Source: Octopus bimaculoides (lineage: Eukaryota). From it: DNA of 64,000 bases. The notes beneath the pieces are model-generated. The model was not told the DNA's origin. It was given only the letters and a program-made list of their open reading frames with translations, and did no database searches. The translations under genes and the position numbers were made by a program. Location: assembly GCF_001194135.2 (NCBI RefSeq), contig NC_068986.1, forward strand, positions 9,858,775 through 9,922,774. Reading direction: 5' to 3'. Positions 37,141 to 50,174 of the stretch are shown here, piece by piece. Numbering within the stretch: position 1 is the stretch's first letter; each line of letters starts with the position of its first letter.

Positions 37141-37934
37141 ACAATAAACTGATAGACAGAAAACAATTAGGAGTCAAAAGTATCTCCCAATTGAGAAGTC
37201 ACACATATCAACCCTAAAACAGGAATTGGGCACAAGTTTTTACTCACCCTGTGTGTGTGTGTGTGAGTGTGTATATATATATATATTTTTTTTTATTGCC
37301 CACAAGGGGCTAAACAAGGACAAAGGGATTAAGTTGATTACATTGACCCCAGTGCGTAACTGGTGCTTAATTTATCAACCCCGAAAGGATGAAAGGCAAA
37401 GTCGACCTCTGCAGGATTTGAACTCAGAACGTAGCAGCAGATGAAATACTGCTAAGCATTTCGCCCAGCGCGCTAATATTTCTGCCAGCTCGGCGCCTTC
37501 TTATATATAATCATCACTAGTGTTGGTGCCATGAATAAAAGCAGCCAATACACTCTGTGAAGTGGTTGGAATTAGGAAGGGCACTGAGCCATGAAAACCA
37601 TGTAAAAACTGACATCAGAGCACAATGCATTCCATGGATCTTTTTAATCTTTTAGTGTTTAATCTGGCCTCTCACACCTACATTATAATATCATTCTAGA
37701 AAGAGACCATCTCAAAGCTACAAGGTAATTCATGATTAATATGAAACAATGTGAAAAAAAATAAATAAACATTACATTTGGCAGAGAAAAATGAATGGCT
37801 AAAGGTTAAACCATCCAATTGATGCCAAACAGGGAACGTAGGCCTATGATGATGATGATGATGTCTGTAGAGTATTGTTGAGAAAAAAGAAAAAAAGACA
37901 TTATTTATGACCATTTTTGTTTTTTTAATTACAG

Positions 37935-37997
37935 GTCAAGCTAGGAAAGTGTTTGTAGCACAGGAGGGTGAATTCATGAAAGCGGAAACTAAAGTTG
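37935..37997 (+). CDS. SCPEP1: SCPEP1-like exon ((G)QARKVFVAQEGEFMKAETKV)
   Basis: TTACAG| acceptor, G|GTAAGA donor; aligns to the GQATNVF...DFMKP region of SCPEP1. Confidence 0.9.
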
Positions 37998-38725
37998 GTA
38001 AGAAACTCTTGGAAATGTTGTCATTTGAATGTATTTCACGTCTGCTTTGCACTGGACAGGTATATTTCCATTCTCATCTTGATTATTTCATCCACAATAT
38101 GCAAACATCTTCACAGACCACACACCAACAGAAAATTGTAACCTTGCACATATAATAGCCATTTGTATACTCATTAAACAATGCTGAATATAACGCTTGT
38201 GTCCAGAAAATTTGCTTTAAACATTTTTTACAATGGGAAAATTTGTCACCCTAAAAGGGGCACAAAAGCAGACTGTAAACTAGAAAACTCATTTTAAAGA
38301 AACTACTATTCTCTAATTGGTAGGTTAATTGAGGAATTTGCCATTTTAAGAAAACTCATCTTTTTATTTTTTTTCTTCAGTTTTTTTTTATGGCAAACTA
38401 CAGCAAAAATGTTTACAGTGAAATTTCATCTAATGATATTTCTGAACCGAGCCTTATCAGTTTGTATCCACAGTTGTTCAATTTACTGAAATATATTTCA
38501 GGTTGTGGAACTGTGGTTAACCCCCCCTTTTTTTTTTACCCATGGACCCCTTTGATTTCTATTTTATTTGGATGGATCTTCATTGCCATTTGATGATTAA
38601 AAAAACATATTTTCAACATATGATGAAAGTCAACAAAGTTTGCTTTAGAAGTGTTGAGATGTATAAAGATACAGAAATAATTTTCTCAAATGCATGATAA
38701 TGCTAACACAAGAGCATAAACAGGG

Positions 38726-38856
38726 TAAATTATCCATATATTGCAGAAAAATTTGTTACTGGCCAGCCATAAGACTTGAACTCACATCCCAGGGATGTGA
38801 GTTTGAGTCTCATGGCTGGCCAGTAACAATTTTTTCTGCAATATATGGATAATTTA
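38726..38856. repeat. 131-bp near-perfect palindrome
   Basis: 65-bp arms around a single A (38791) with four non-Watson-Crick positions. Confidence 0.92.
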
Positions 38857-40615
38857 TCTTTCAATCATTATCATCATCGTTAACGTCCGCTTTCCATGGA
38901 TTGGACAGTTTGACAAGCCAGAAGGCTGCACCAGTCACCAATCTGGCAGTTTCATGCCCTTCCTAGCGCCAACCACTCCAAGAGTGTAGTGGGTGCTTTT
39001 ACGTGCCATCAGCCACGCTCAAATGATGCTTTTTACGTGCCGCCTGCACAGGTGCCAGTCTGGTGGCACTGGCAACGACCATGCTTGAATGTTACTTTTT
39101 ATGTGCCACTGGCACGGGTGCCAATCAGGCGGTACTGTCATCCTCAACAGGTCTTCGCAAGCATACTTTGTCAGCAATTGCTGGTTTCCAGTGCTCTCTG
39201 GACACATTCTTTCACAGATAAGGAACTGCATATTAATGAAAAAATAGTTGTGGTTGTTACTGGTGTCATGTAAGTGGCACCCATTACACTGTTGGAGTGG
39301 TTGGCATTAGGAAGGGCATCCAGCCATAGAAACCATGCCAGCATGGAAAGTGGATGTTGAATGATGATGATGCAGAATTGTATTTTTAAAAAAATTATTA
39401 ATAATATTTTGTGTTGTAGAAATATAACCAAATTATTGCACACAAATTTTAACAATAATAATCTTATATGGACCTTTATCAAAATCTGCTTAGTTACTTG
39501 GGATTTCCTTTAGAACCTGAAGTTGGCAGATATAAATCCCTGAAGTGTATTAGTTTTGATCTTGAAATTGGTAGAAGCACCAAGAGTTCTATTTCCGATA
39601 CATTCTAAAAAAACAGACGAGATAAACATTAAATATTTATTTTTAAGCACAACTAACTGAAATGCCAGTTAATTCGGGTGTGAAGCCATGGTGCCATTGC
39701 TGCACTCTCTGTCCGGGGCAACTTGTTAAGCAGAATCCCAGTCTGTCCCCATCTCTGCGAGATAACCTCCTCATCTGCTGTGACCATATATGGCATGTGA
39801 TGAGCCAACAACCCAGCTGGATCCTCAGTGAAGAGGGCCCAACTGCTGGATTAATTTTGATAACGGCAGTAAATTCAAACCCAATTGGATGGAGAGGGGT
39901 CAGTACATACCATTGGCATGCACTGAATTTAGTTTCGACTTAGAACCAGCCTTACAAATTTGTGATTTTGTGCTTATGTAAAAACAGCTGTAATAAACAT
40001 CTCAAATCTTGGCACAAGGCCAGCAATTTAGGGGAGGGGGTAAGGAGAGTAGCCTGCTGGACTAAGCCTCTTCATTTTCAAACAGCCATTTATTCTAAGT
40101 TACATTAGTGATTAATGTTACAGGGTTTAATTTATTATTATCAGGATTTTTAACGTCCCCCCCCCACTCCATAGAAAAAATAATAGCAATAGAAGCAGTA
40201 TGAACACCAAAAGGTAATATTTATCATTTAAAGGGGAGGGGGATGTTGTGTAAGGATACAGAATACTGTGATTGGTTACCATGAGAGACAGAGAATCTCT
40301 TATCTTGGCCTTTGGTGCATATAAGCACTCATGTTCATAGAGATGGCAGGAGATAATCATCTGCCATTGCCACTGCTGGAACTAGCAGGTGATGTGACTT
40401 CAGCTTTCCTTGGCCTTGTCAATGGAAGACACCTGAAGCAAGAGATAGCAGTGACAGACACAGAATCTTGGTGTCTATTCAGCCACTGGCATTGCAAATA
40501 GCCACTGGACTTAATAGTAAATAGCGACAGAAGCAGGATTAATACCAAAAAGTAATCTTTATCTCCGTCTTTTAAAAGTGGAGATATTGTGTTAGAACTC
40601 TTCTTTTTGTTTCTA

Positions 40616-40664
40616 TTAGGTTGGTGCATAATTGATGATTGTTTTATATCATGCACCAACCCAA
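40616..40664. mobile_element. 49-bp mariner (MADE-like) mini-MITE
   Basis: TA-TTAGGTTGGTGCATAA ... TCATGCACCAACCCAA-TG; the TIR resembles the Hsmar1/MADE1 end TTAGGTTGGTGCA. Confidence 0.65.
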
Positions 40665-41218
40665 TGGAAGAAACCACGTCTTTTAACATAGCTAGGACAA
40701 CATTCCATCAACTAGTTCTTCCCTGGAAGGTCTGAAGATATTTCAACCCCAAACATTCATTGATAAACATTAGACAGTATTGTTACTGCACAGACAGACA
40801 TCCCAGAAAATGTATTGTAGATAACCACCACCAGACTGATCTGCCATAAAGTCACAGCTAATCTCCAGCTGCCTCTGGGGCCCACAAGTGCGCCGTGGAT
40901 TTTCTACTGCTACTATGATTGCCTCTGTTCCTCCTCCTATCACCCATGTCGTGTCTCCCTCCTTTCCTGCAAGTGCTAAAGGTTCCACAGGAACTTTAAT
41001 GCCATCAGTCTCACATATGTATGAGACTTGCAAATGTGTGGAGGTTCCCTGCTGAGATCATTGGCACTGCATGCATTCCCATCACTAACTTACAACAGAA
41101 ACCAATTCCAATAATTTAATACTAAGTGTTAGGTGCCCTGTAATCAGTTGGCTATCAATTTTGAACCCAACCATTTTCATCTGAAACTGATGTTATACTG
41201 TGGATTTGTTTGACATAG

Positions 41219-41296
41219 TTAATGAGCTGATCCGTTCGAGCAACCTAAAAGTCGTAGTTTACAGTGGACAACTGGATCTTATTGTAGCAACTCTAG
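41219..41296 (+). CDS. SCPEP1: SCPEP1-like exon with catalytic Asp ((V)NELIRSSNLKVVVYSGQLDLIVATL)
   Basis: GACATAG| acceptor, G|GTGAGT donor; VY.GQLDLIV motif. Confidence 0.95.
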
Positions 41297-43099
41297 GTGA
41301 GTAGAACTTGTTTCATTATTCATCCTGTTTATTGTAATGTTTACCATAATCAGATCACACATGTACGGGAGGAGGTGGTGGAGGAGTTTTTGATTCTTTA
41401 TTTCAAAATATATTTTGTCATTACACTTTACAAAAACCCATTTAAAAAAGAAAAAAAAAAAAAAATTGGATGCCACACTGAAATTTGCTTTTAACTTTGA
41501 CCAAAGAAAAGTTATCTGTAACCTTTACTCTTCCATACTGGCATTGTTTGGATGCTTTGACAGAGCCAAGATAATTGTACTGAATGCCAATGTCTGCTTT
41601 GGAATGGTTTCTGTGGTTGGATGCCCTTTGTAATACCAACCACTTCACAGAGTGCATTGGGTGCTCTTTGTGGTACCAGCAGTTGCAAGGTTACCAAGAC
41701 GAGACCCCTTGATTGGGGGGGGGGAGGCGTATTGAGGGGAAGTTACTTTGTTNNNNNNNNNNNNNNNNNNNNNNNNNNNNNNNNNNNNNNNNNNNNNNNN
41801 NNNNNNNNNNNNNNNNNNNNNNNNNNNNNNNNNNNNNNNNNNNNNNNNNNNNNNNNNNNNNNNNNNNNNNNNNNNNNNNNNNNNNNNNNNNNNNNNNNNN
41901 NNNNNNNNNNNNNNNNNNNNNNNNNNNNNNNNNNNNNNNNNNNNNNNNNNNNNNNNNNNNNNNNNNNNNNNNNNNNNNNNNNNNNNNNNNNNNNNNNNNN
42001 NNNNNNNNNNNNNNNNNNNNNNNNNNNNNNNNNNNNNNNNNNNNNNNNNNNNNNNNNNNNNNNNNNNNNNNNNNNNNNNNNNNNNNNNNNNNNNNNNNNN
42101 NNNNNNNNNNNNNNNNNNNNNNNNNNNNNNNNNNNNNNNNNNNNNNNNNNNNNNNNNNNNNNNNNNNNNNNNNNNNNNNNNNNNNNNNNNNNNNNNNNNN
42201 NNNNNNNNNNNNNNNNNNNNNNNNNNNNNNNNNNNNNNNNNNNNNNNNNNNNNNNNNNNNNNNNNNNNNNNNNNNNNNNNNNNNNNNNNNNNNNNNNNNN
42301 NNNNNNNNNNNNNNNNNNNNNNNNNNNNNNNNNNNNNNNNNNNNNNNNNNNNNNNNNNNNNNNNNNNNNNNNNNNNNNNNNNNNNNNNNNNNNNNNNNNN
42401 NNNNNNNNNNNNNNNNNNNNNNNNNNNNNNNNNNNNNNNNNNNNNNNNNNNNNNNNNNNNNNNNNNNNNNNNNNNNNNNNNNNNNNNNNNNNNNNNNNNN
42501 NNNNNNNNNNNNNNNNNNNNNNNNNNNNNNNNNNNNNNNNNNNNNNNNNNNNNNNNNNNNNNNNNNNNNNNNNNNNNNNNNNNNNNNNNNNNNNNNNNNN
42601 NNNNNNNNNNNNNNNNNNNNNNNNNNNNNNNNNNNNNNNNNNNNNNNNNNNNNNNNNNNNNNNNNNNNNNNACCTTCTCCATGTGGCATCTTAGGTAAGT
42701 GTTTTATATAGAAGCCAAAGTTTTGAATGAATTTGATAGATGGAAACTGAAAGAAACTCAGTTTATGTAGTGTGTGTGTGTTTTTATCCTTACCTTGACA
42801 ATAGTTGTAAATAAGTGGTGTCATTTTCCATTTTCTGTAAAAACACATTCAGCCTGGAAACAGGAATGATGAGGACTACAATTACATTACCAATATCCTT
42901 CAGAGTGAACAGTTTTCATGTCTACCCAGCAACATTACTATAGAAAACTTTATATTAAAGCTCAATATCACATTAAATTGAACTAAAACAGTTATTTAGC
43001 AACTGTTAAATGAATGAGTGAAATCCATTAATATTAAACCAATATTTGTGTTGTTGTGCCAAAGCTAGAGACAATATTTAATTGAAATTCTTCAAACAG

Positions 43100-43254
43100 G
43101 TACTGAAAAATGGGTGGCGGATCTGGACATTTCCATGGCCTTTAAAAACACCAAAAGAAGAATTCTTGTTGATCCAATCACACAAACTGTTATGGGATAT
43201 AAAAGAAGCCTAAAAAATTTCTCATTCTACTGGATATTAAATGCAGGTCACATG
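43100..43254 (+). CDS. SCPEP1: SCPEP1-like exon with catalytic His ((G)TEKWVADL...NFSFYWILNAGHM)
   Basis: CAAACAG| acceptor, ATG|GTAAAT donor; FYWIL.AGHM motif. Confidence 0.96.
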
Positions 43255-43613
43255 GTAAATATTTACTTTTGTTTTTCATTGTATTTTGGGGTTTAAACAT
43301 CACAATAAATTGATTACACACAAAATACAAATACAGCAAAATAGACTTCTATTGGTTTATTTACTTTTGTTTTCATACAAATGAATGCAGTGTAGTAGTA
43401 ATAGTAGTAGTACACTTGAAAGGCAGGGAACAATCCAGATGGGTGACCATTTTGTAATTCATCGAAAGTATAGACATCAACATTTAGTTTTGTTTCAGCC
43501 AAATAATATGGTAGTTAGTGGGGTCCATTGATTAAAGTAAAGCCATTTTAATTAGCAGCAGCAGCTCTTGCACAATTAAAAACCAATTCCGTTTTCTATT
43601 TTTTCTCTTGTAG

Positions 43614-43670
43614 ATTCCATCAGATAATCCAACTGGTGCATTGCAAATGGTCAAATTAATTTTAGCTTGA
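43614..43670 (+). CDS. SCPEP1: SCPEP1-like last coding exon (IPSDNPTGALQMVKLILA*)
   Basis: Pyrimidine tract plus TTGTAG| acceptor; continues GHM-IP; TGA stop at 43668-43670. Confidence 0.93.
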   Translation: MPSDNPTGALQMVKLILA

Positions 43671-43784
43671 GCTTAACAGAAATGCCAACCCTAACAAGTC
43701 ATCAAGACAGTCACTTCCAGGACCGGAGTATTTCGGAAGCGTCTGAAACTGACTTTGTTCTCCAGTGAAAACATAATTGCCACA

Positions 43785-43790
43785 AATAAA
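43785..43790 (+). terminator. Candidate polyadenylation signal AATAAA of the carboxypeptidase gene
   Basis: First AATAAA about 115 nt after the stop; further AATAAA hexamers occur downstream (e.g. 44091). Confidence 0.4.
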
Positions 43791-46700
43791 TGCTTCAAAG
43801 ATTTTTTTTTCTTCTTTGCTTTAATTAACAAAAATAGAATTCTTGTTTCTTTTAATTGCGAAACAGACCACCAGCAAGGACATTAAAATCATTATAGATT
43901 CAAAAACACTAGAAATATTCTTAAATTACAAAAAAACCCAAAACAACTTTCCTCAACTATTAGAATCCATAGCACTAAGTTCCTCGGTCTGGAGACAATA
44001 ATACACTCCCAAAATAGATCTTTAGAAATTTTCAGGTACAAAATGACTTATTTCGAAATGAAAACAAATTCTTCCCAAATTTAAGTGCCAAATAAATGAA
44101 CAGATAAACCAAATATTTAACATAAGAGTTGTGAAATACTGTCAATTCTCTCATTTAGCACTTCAGGCCACCAAATTCATAAGAGAGATGTTTGCTGATG
44201 TAGGAAAGAAATTTCATCCAATTAAATCACAAACTATTGATAATGGCAGTAAATAGGATAACGAGTGGCAAATGTTCCAAGAGAAGAAAATCAAAATTGT
44301 AATCAATATAAATTGTCTCTTGGAAAGAGGCACCAAATAAAACTTGTTCAACCCATGGGCTGATGTACCTTAAATGCTGGAATGCCATAACGTTATGAGG
44401 ATTTCAATAAAAGTGAAAGCCTTACACAGCAAAGCATTTGCAGTCGAGGCAGACCCAGTTTGGTTGGTTTAAAAGATTTTTATATAAGTGTGTGTGTGTG
44501 TGTGTGTGTGTCCGCGCGCGCGCGCCCCGTAAAGAATCTGTTAGCAGTGGACACAGTAGTGACAAACTTGAGAATTGATGACGATTATGATTTCCTCTAA
44601 AACTCGGTAGTCTCTGAATTTCAAAGTGGAAAAAATAATTTACAAGATTCCAAGAAAACAAAAAAACTATATATGAACACAAAAGAGAGAGTCAATAAGG
44701 GAGAGCAGAGAGATTGTGACAGGTTTAGAAATCCTATCATTTAATGTCTGTTGTCCATGCTGGCTAGCTGAGGGGCTGCACCAGACTCCACTCTGATTTG
44801 GCATGGCCTTCTATGGCTGGATACCCCTTCCTAATGCCAACAGGGGCTTTTATGTGCCACTGGCATGGGTGCCAGTTGGGCGACACCAGTATCTGCCATG
44901 GCTATGATTTCACTTGGCTTGATGCGTCTTCTCAAGCACAGCATATTGACAAAGATCTTGGTCATTTGTCATTGCCTCCGTGAAGCCCAACGCTCAAAAG
45001 GTGCTTTTTATGTGCCATTGGCACTGGTGCCAGTTACACAACACTGGCCACATTGCCTCTGTGAGGCTTTAATATAGTAATTAATCCAAGGTTCTGCCTT
45101 GTCTGGCAGTCATTAAAAGAGATAATTACAGAGAGCAAAAGAGTAAGAAAAGGTAAGAGTGTGAAAATATAAAATGATGCAACAATATGTAAAGAGTGAA
45201 CAATTTTATCTTTTACTTATTTCAATCATTTGGCTGTGGCCCTGCCTTGAATTTTTAGTTGAATGATTCAACCCCAGTATTTTTTATTTTTGTTGAAAGC
45301 CCTGGTTCTTATTCTAGTGGTTTCTTGCCAAACTGCAAAGTTATGGAGGATGTAAACACACCAACACTGGTTGTCAAGTGGTCTTGGGGGGACAAAAACA
45401 GACACACAAACACACGGGAAGCTTCTTTCAGTTTCTGTCTACCAAATCCATTCACAAGGTCAATAAGTAGATGACACTTGATCAAAGGTACCACATAGTT
45501 GGACTAAATCTGATACCATGTGGTTGCGAAACAAAGCCACACTCGCCCCCCCCCCCATATGTAGCCAGTCCAGCAAATCCCTCCCCTTTTCCCAATTCAT
45601 CATTAACAAATCCGAAACAAGAATTTGTGTGTGTATACTCACACACAAACAGAAGAGATATTTCCATCACAAACAACAGACAAGTGTGAAAACCATCAAC
45701 TAACAATCTCTATAAGACATGGAACCATTTGGTCAGACCAAGACTTTTTACTGTCCACTTCTGCCCTGTTTTCCAGTTGACCAAACCATTTAGAAGAACC
45801 TACTAAAAGTGCTACTTTTATCCAACAAACAATCCAAAAAAAAACCCCNNNNNNNNNNNNNNNNNNNNNNNNNNNNNNNNNNNNNNNNNNNNNNNNNNNN
45901 NNNNNNNNNNNNNNNNNNNNNNNNNNNNNNNNNNNNNNNNNNNNNNNNNNNNNNNNNNNNNNNNNNNNNNNNNNNNNNNNNNNNNNNNNNNNNNNNNNNN
46001 NNNNNNNNNNNNNNNNNNNNNNNNNNNNNNNNNNNNNNNNNNNNNNNNNNNNNNNNNNNNNNNNNNNNNNNNNNNNNNNNNNNNNNNNNNNNNNNNNNNN
46101 NNNNNNNNNNNNNNNNNNNNNNNNNNNNNNNNNNNNNNNNNNNNNNNNNNNNNNNNNNNNNNNNNNNNNNNNNNNNNNNNNNNNNNNNNNNNNNNNNNNN
46201 NNNNNNNNNNNNNNNNNNNNNNNNNNNNNNNNNNNNNNNNNNNNNNNNNNNNNNNNNNNNNNNNNNNNNNNNNNNNNNNNNNNNNNNNNNNNNNNNNNNN
46301 NNNNNNNNNNNNNNNNNNNNNNNNNNNNNNNNNNNNNNNNNNNNNNNNNNNNNNNNNNNNNNNNNNNNGATATTCCAAAGACTGACCATTTGTGATATTT
46401 GTTGCTGTTGTTGTTGTAGTTGTTGTTCCAATTATTTAAAAAGAGTTTTTAAAAATGGTACTCACCCCCAACCATTTTCAAAGACTTTGGACTCTGTAGC
46501 AAAACATGATTATCATAAAGTTAGAAAGCATCCCATTAACTGGTCATCTTAAATACTTTCAGAATTAAAAGAGATTAAATCAGAATCTTATATCTAAAAT
46601 ACCATTTGGAAAATTTATTTATTTATTTTTTTTTTTTACAATTAATATTTACTGAAATTATAAATTTTTAAAATTCTGAAACAACTTGTCTAAATAATTA

Positions 46701-49700
46701 TTTTAAAAATTATTTCCAAGAGTAAAAGAAAATGGTTTGAGAGGAAGAGAAGGACAAAGAAAGTAGAGGGAGTCACCAACTGTCCAACAGTGTGGAAAGT
46801 TGGGGGCAGGTTAAACCAGCCCAACAACATTTTGTTGTGACCTAGCCTACTTGCCTGCTAAATATGATAGACTGTCCATCATTGAAGCACCAGGCCACTC
46901 TCTCCCAAAACCTAATCTGGAAGATAGGAACTACGGATAAGTAGCTGGAAACTCCAGATGTCAGCTTCTTGATTTCTTTTCAACCAATTCACTCACTTTA
47001 AACAAAGGGGAGTGGAAAATACAAAAGAAAAGAAAAAAAGAAAAAAAAAAAAGGCTTAGCATTTAGCTTTGCATTAGAGAAATTTAAAACCTTAATTTAA
47101 TTTTCACGCTAGATGAAAAACAAAAATAATGAAAATTTGTAGTTAACTAAAAAGACATTGACAAGAACAAATGTAACACTAAAATTATGCAACCTGTATC
47201 CAAATCCTCTAAATAACCTTAAAGACAATTCTCTTTTATGCCTAGACAACTGTTGTTCAAAATAGGATCTCTAGCACAACATTTGAAATCACATTGAAAT
47301 TCCTCTCAAACTTATGAAGCTGTTTGTTGCATGCAAATAAAAATTGAAAATATATTTTATGCAAGCCTTTACTTATCCACTTTAATGTATCGCATTAACT
47401 GAATCATCTACAATATGTCCAGCCATTTACATCAGTAGCGACGATTCGACAGGTTCCAAAGTTTCATTGGGAGAAACTGATTTGGACTTAAAGAAAATAA
47501 CCCTTTTGACAACACCTCAAGTTTTGTGGGAGGGGCTAAACTGATTATGTGAACCCCAATGCTTAAACCGTTACTTATTTTATTGACCCCAATGGAATGA
47601 AACACAAAGTCGACCTTGGCGAAATTTGAACTCAAAATCTGGAGACAGATGAAAAGCGTGTTAACAATTCTGCCAGGTCACCTTAAAAGATAACAACATC
47701 AAAAAAACAAGAAAAGCAACTATTAACCATTTCGGAAAAACTTCAGATAAAAGCAGAAGGTCAATATCTGGAATTTTAGTTTTTGAAATGATTTCTAAGA
47801 CTGACAGAAGTCCAAAGAGAGGCAACCAATTTTTAGACAGAAGCAAGATATGAACTTTTTCAATGCAGGGAACAAAAATATTTTGCCTAATCAGCTCAGA
47901 TATCAGTGTCCATATGGAATTATTATTATTATTCAGGTCACTGCCTGGAATTGAACTCGGAATCTTGGGGTAAAATAATGGAGTGAATTTTAGGGCTTAT
48001 AAATCCAATATTTTCCTATCCTTCTTTAATGCTGGTTCCCATATGCTACTCATATTTGCACTCGGCCTGCTTAGGAGGTTGTGTCCTAGCATATGTGCTG
48101 CTTCTTTTTAGTTTTCGTATTTTCCAGTGATGTTCTCAGTCGATAAGAATAATAATTCATATGGAATTGTTTAGAAAAACAAAATTTATGTTAAAAAAAA
48201 AAAAAAATCCAAGAAAATTTGAAATCCCTTTTCTTGAGCAGCTTGATATANNNNNNNNNNNNNNNNNNNNNNNNNNNNNNNNNNNNNNNNNNNNNNNNNN
48301 NNNNNNNNNNNNNNNNNNNNNNNNNNNNNNNNNNNNNNNNNNNNNNNNNNNNNNNNNNNNNNNNNNNNNNNNNNNNNNNNNNNNNNNNNNNNNNNNNNNN
48401 NNNNNNNNNNNNNNNNNNNNNNNNNNNNNNNNNNNNNNNNNNNNNNNNNNNNNNNNNNNNNNNNNNNNNNNNNNNNNNNNNNNNNNNNNNNNNNNNNNNN
48501 NNNNNNNNNNNNNNNNNNNNNNNNNNNNNNNNNNNNNNNNNNNNNNNNNNNNNNNNNNNNNNNNNNNNNNNNNNNNNNNNNNNNNNNNNNNNGAAGTTGA
48601 AAAAATGGATGTAATTAAGATATTCTGTTGGTCTGATGATCTTGCCTTCTATATTTGCATTGGTCTGTAAAATGTACAGGCTCCCGTGCCAGTGGCACAT
48701 GAAAAGCACTATCTGAATGTGGCCAATACCACTGCCCCCTGACTGGCTCCCATGCTGGTGGCACGCAAAAAGCACTCTCCGAACGTGGCCGATGCCATCG
48801 CCTCCTGACTGTCTCCGATGCTGGTGGCACGTAAAATGCACCCACTACACTCTCGGAGTGGTTGGCATTAGGAAGGGCATCCAGCTGTAGAAACGCTGCC
48901 AGATCATATTGGAGCCTGGCACAGCCTCCTGGCTTGCCAGTCCTCAAACTGTCCAACCCATGCCAGCATGGAAAACGGATGTTAAACAATGATGATGATG
49001 ATGATGTAGCATACACACACTTGTGCAGATGTAAAATAATTTGACACTAAAAGTATTTTTGCCTGATGCTAACTGCAAAATGGTTGTCAACCTCTGGATA
49101 TCAACAGGTGAAATAAATATATTCATCTCATATCTCCAGACTTTCTTTATGTTCTGTATTAATCTCCACTGATCAGATTTATTGGATTTCAACTGGATAG
49201 GGGCTCCACATTACACTCCTATGTATTGGCTTACTATGAGGCATGTAACCCAGTCCATTAAAGGAGTTTTTATTTTTGTGATTACCACTGGATTAGAGAA
49301 TTCCATATATTGTGCATTAAATACATACACACACAATGAGCTTCTTTCAGTTTCCGTTTACCAAATCCACTCGGTTATGGTTGGCCAGAGGAAGACACCT
49401 GCCCAAGGTGCCACACAGTGGGACTGAACCTGAGACCATTTGGTTGGGAAGCAAGCTTACCACACACCCACACCTGTACCTGTATATATGACACACACAG
49501 AAGTATGCATTTCTTTTGTAATAAGTCAAAAGAGGTGGTGCAGTTAGTGAGGTTGGTTTTTAGTTTGAAGGAAGGATTGAGAAGTAGAATGTTGAGTAAA
49601 AGAGGTGAGAGAAAGTATAAATAGGTTGGACATGGGTGGTGGAAGGGATAGTGATCTATTTTAGAAGCTGTTGTAGTTAACGGAGACCATGGAATGAATC

Positions 49701-49955
49701 AGCAACTTGTTGGTGAGTCAATATTTTGCAATCGAATGAATTGCCTTCAGGGATATTTATTGGTCAGTTATGTAACCACTCTTCTAGATGTGTGACTAAG
49801 ATTAATTAGGGTGGCTCTACTTGATGTTTGTAGAGAATTAGTAACAGCCACAATTCAGCTATTATCTGACCCTAAAAAGGAAACCTATGAAGCTTTGGTA
49901 ATAGTGTCAATAAGAGGTCATCGAGAGGGGGGGAGGCCCTGAAACAGTCTATTGA

Positions 49956-50174
49956 CCCCTTAGCATTCAGATTATTGTCAAATCTAATTCATATTTATTC
50001 ACATTGTTTTGAATTCATCCTGGATTATCTCATAGCTTTTGAGATTTCAATGATATGATTGTTTATTTTTACAATGACATTGTAGGGTAGGTGTGAGAGG
50101 CTTGATCTGGTCAGTTTGAACATAAAATAGGGAGAATATTGGGGACGGATGTGGCTGGATTAAATGCTAAAGGG
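49956..50174 (-). mobile_element. piggyBac-type MITE, family 2 (inverted copy)
   Basis: CCCCTTAGCATT ... AATGCTAAAGGG-TTAA; interior TAGGGTAGGTGTGAGAGG. Confidence 0.7.

Noticed and set aside
38985-39135. Regularly spaced GTGCC/TTTTACGTGCC repeats resembling a CRISPR array
   Set aside because: Internal tandem units of the RTE 3' UTR, also seen near 9330, 48680, 61520 and 62870; eukaryotic context, no cas genes.
39660-41040. Possible degraded LINE (endonuclease-like) fragments
   Set aside because: Only faint motif hints with many stops; not classifiable by eye. The same applies to about 7760-8300, 9700-10060, 11600-11950 and 18400-19300.
44275-44325. 10-bp stem TTCCAAGAGA/TCTCTTGGAA downstream of the carboxypeptidase stop (SECIS-like?)
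   Set aside because: No AUGA/GA quartet, and the TGA lies at the expected C-terminus; a single short stem can arise by chance.
46369-46431. MEQQLQQQQQQ ORF start as a possible third gene
   Set aside because: Derived from a short (TTG)n repeat beside a gap; no splice or homology support.
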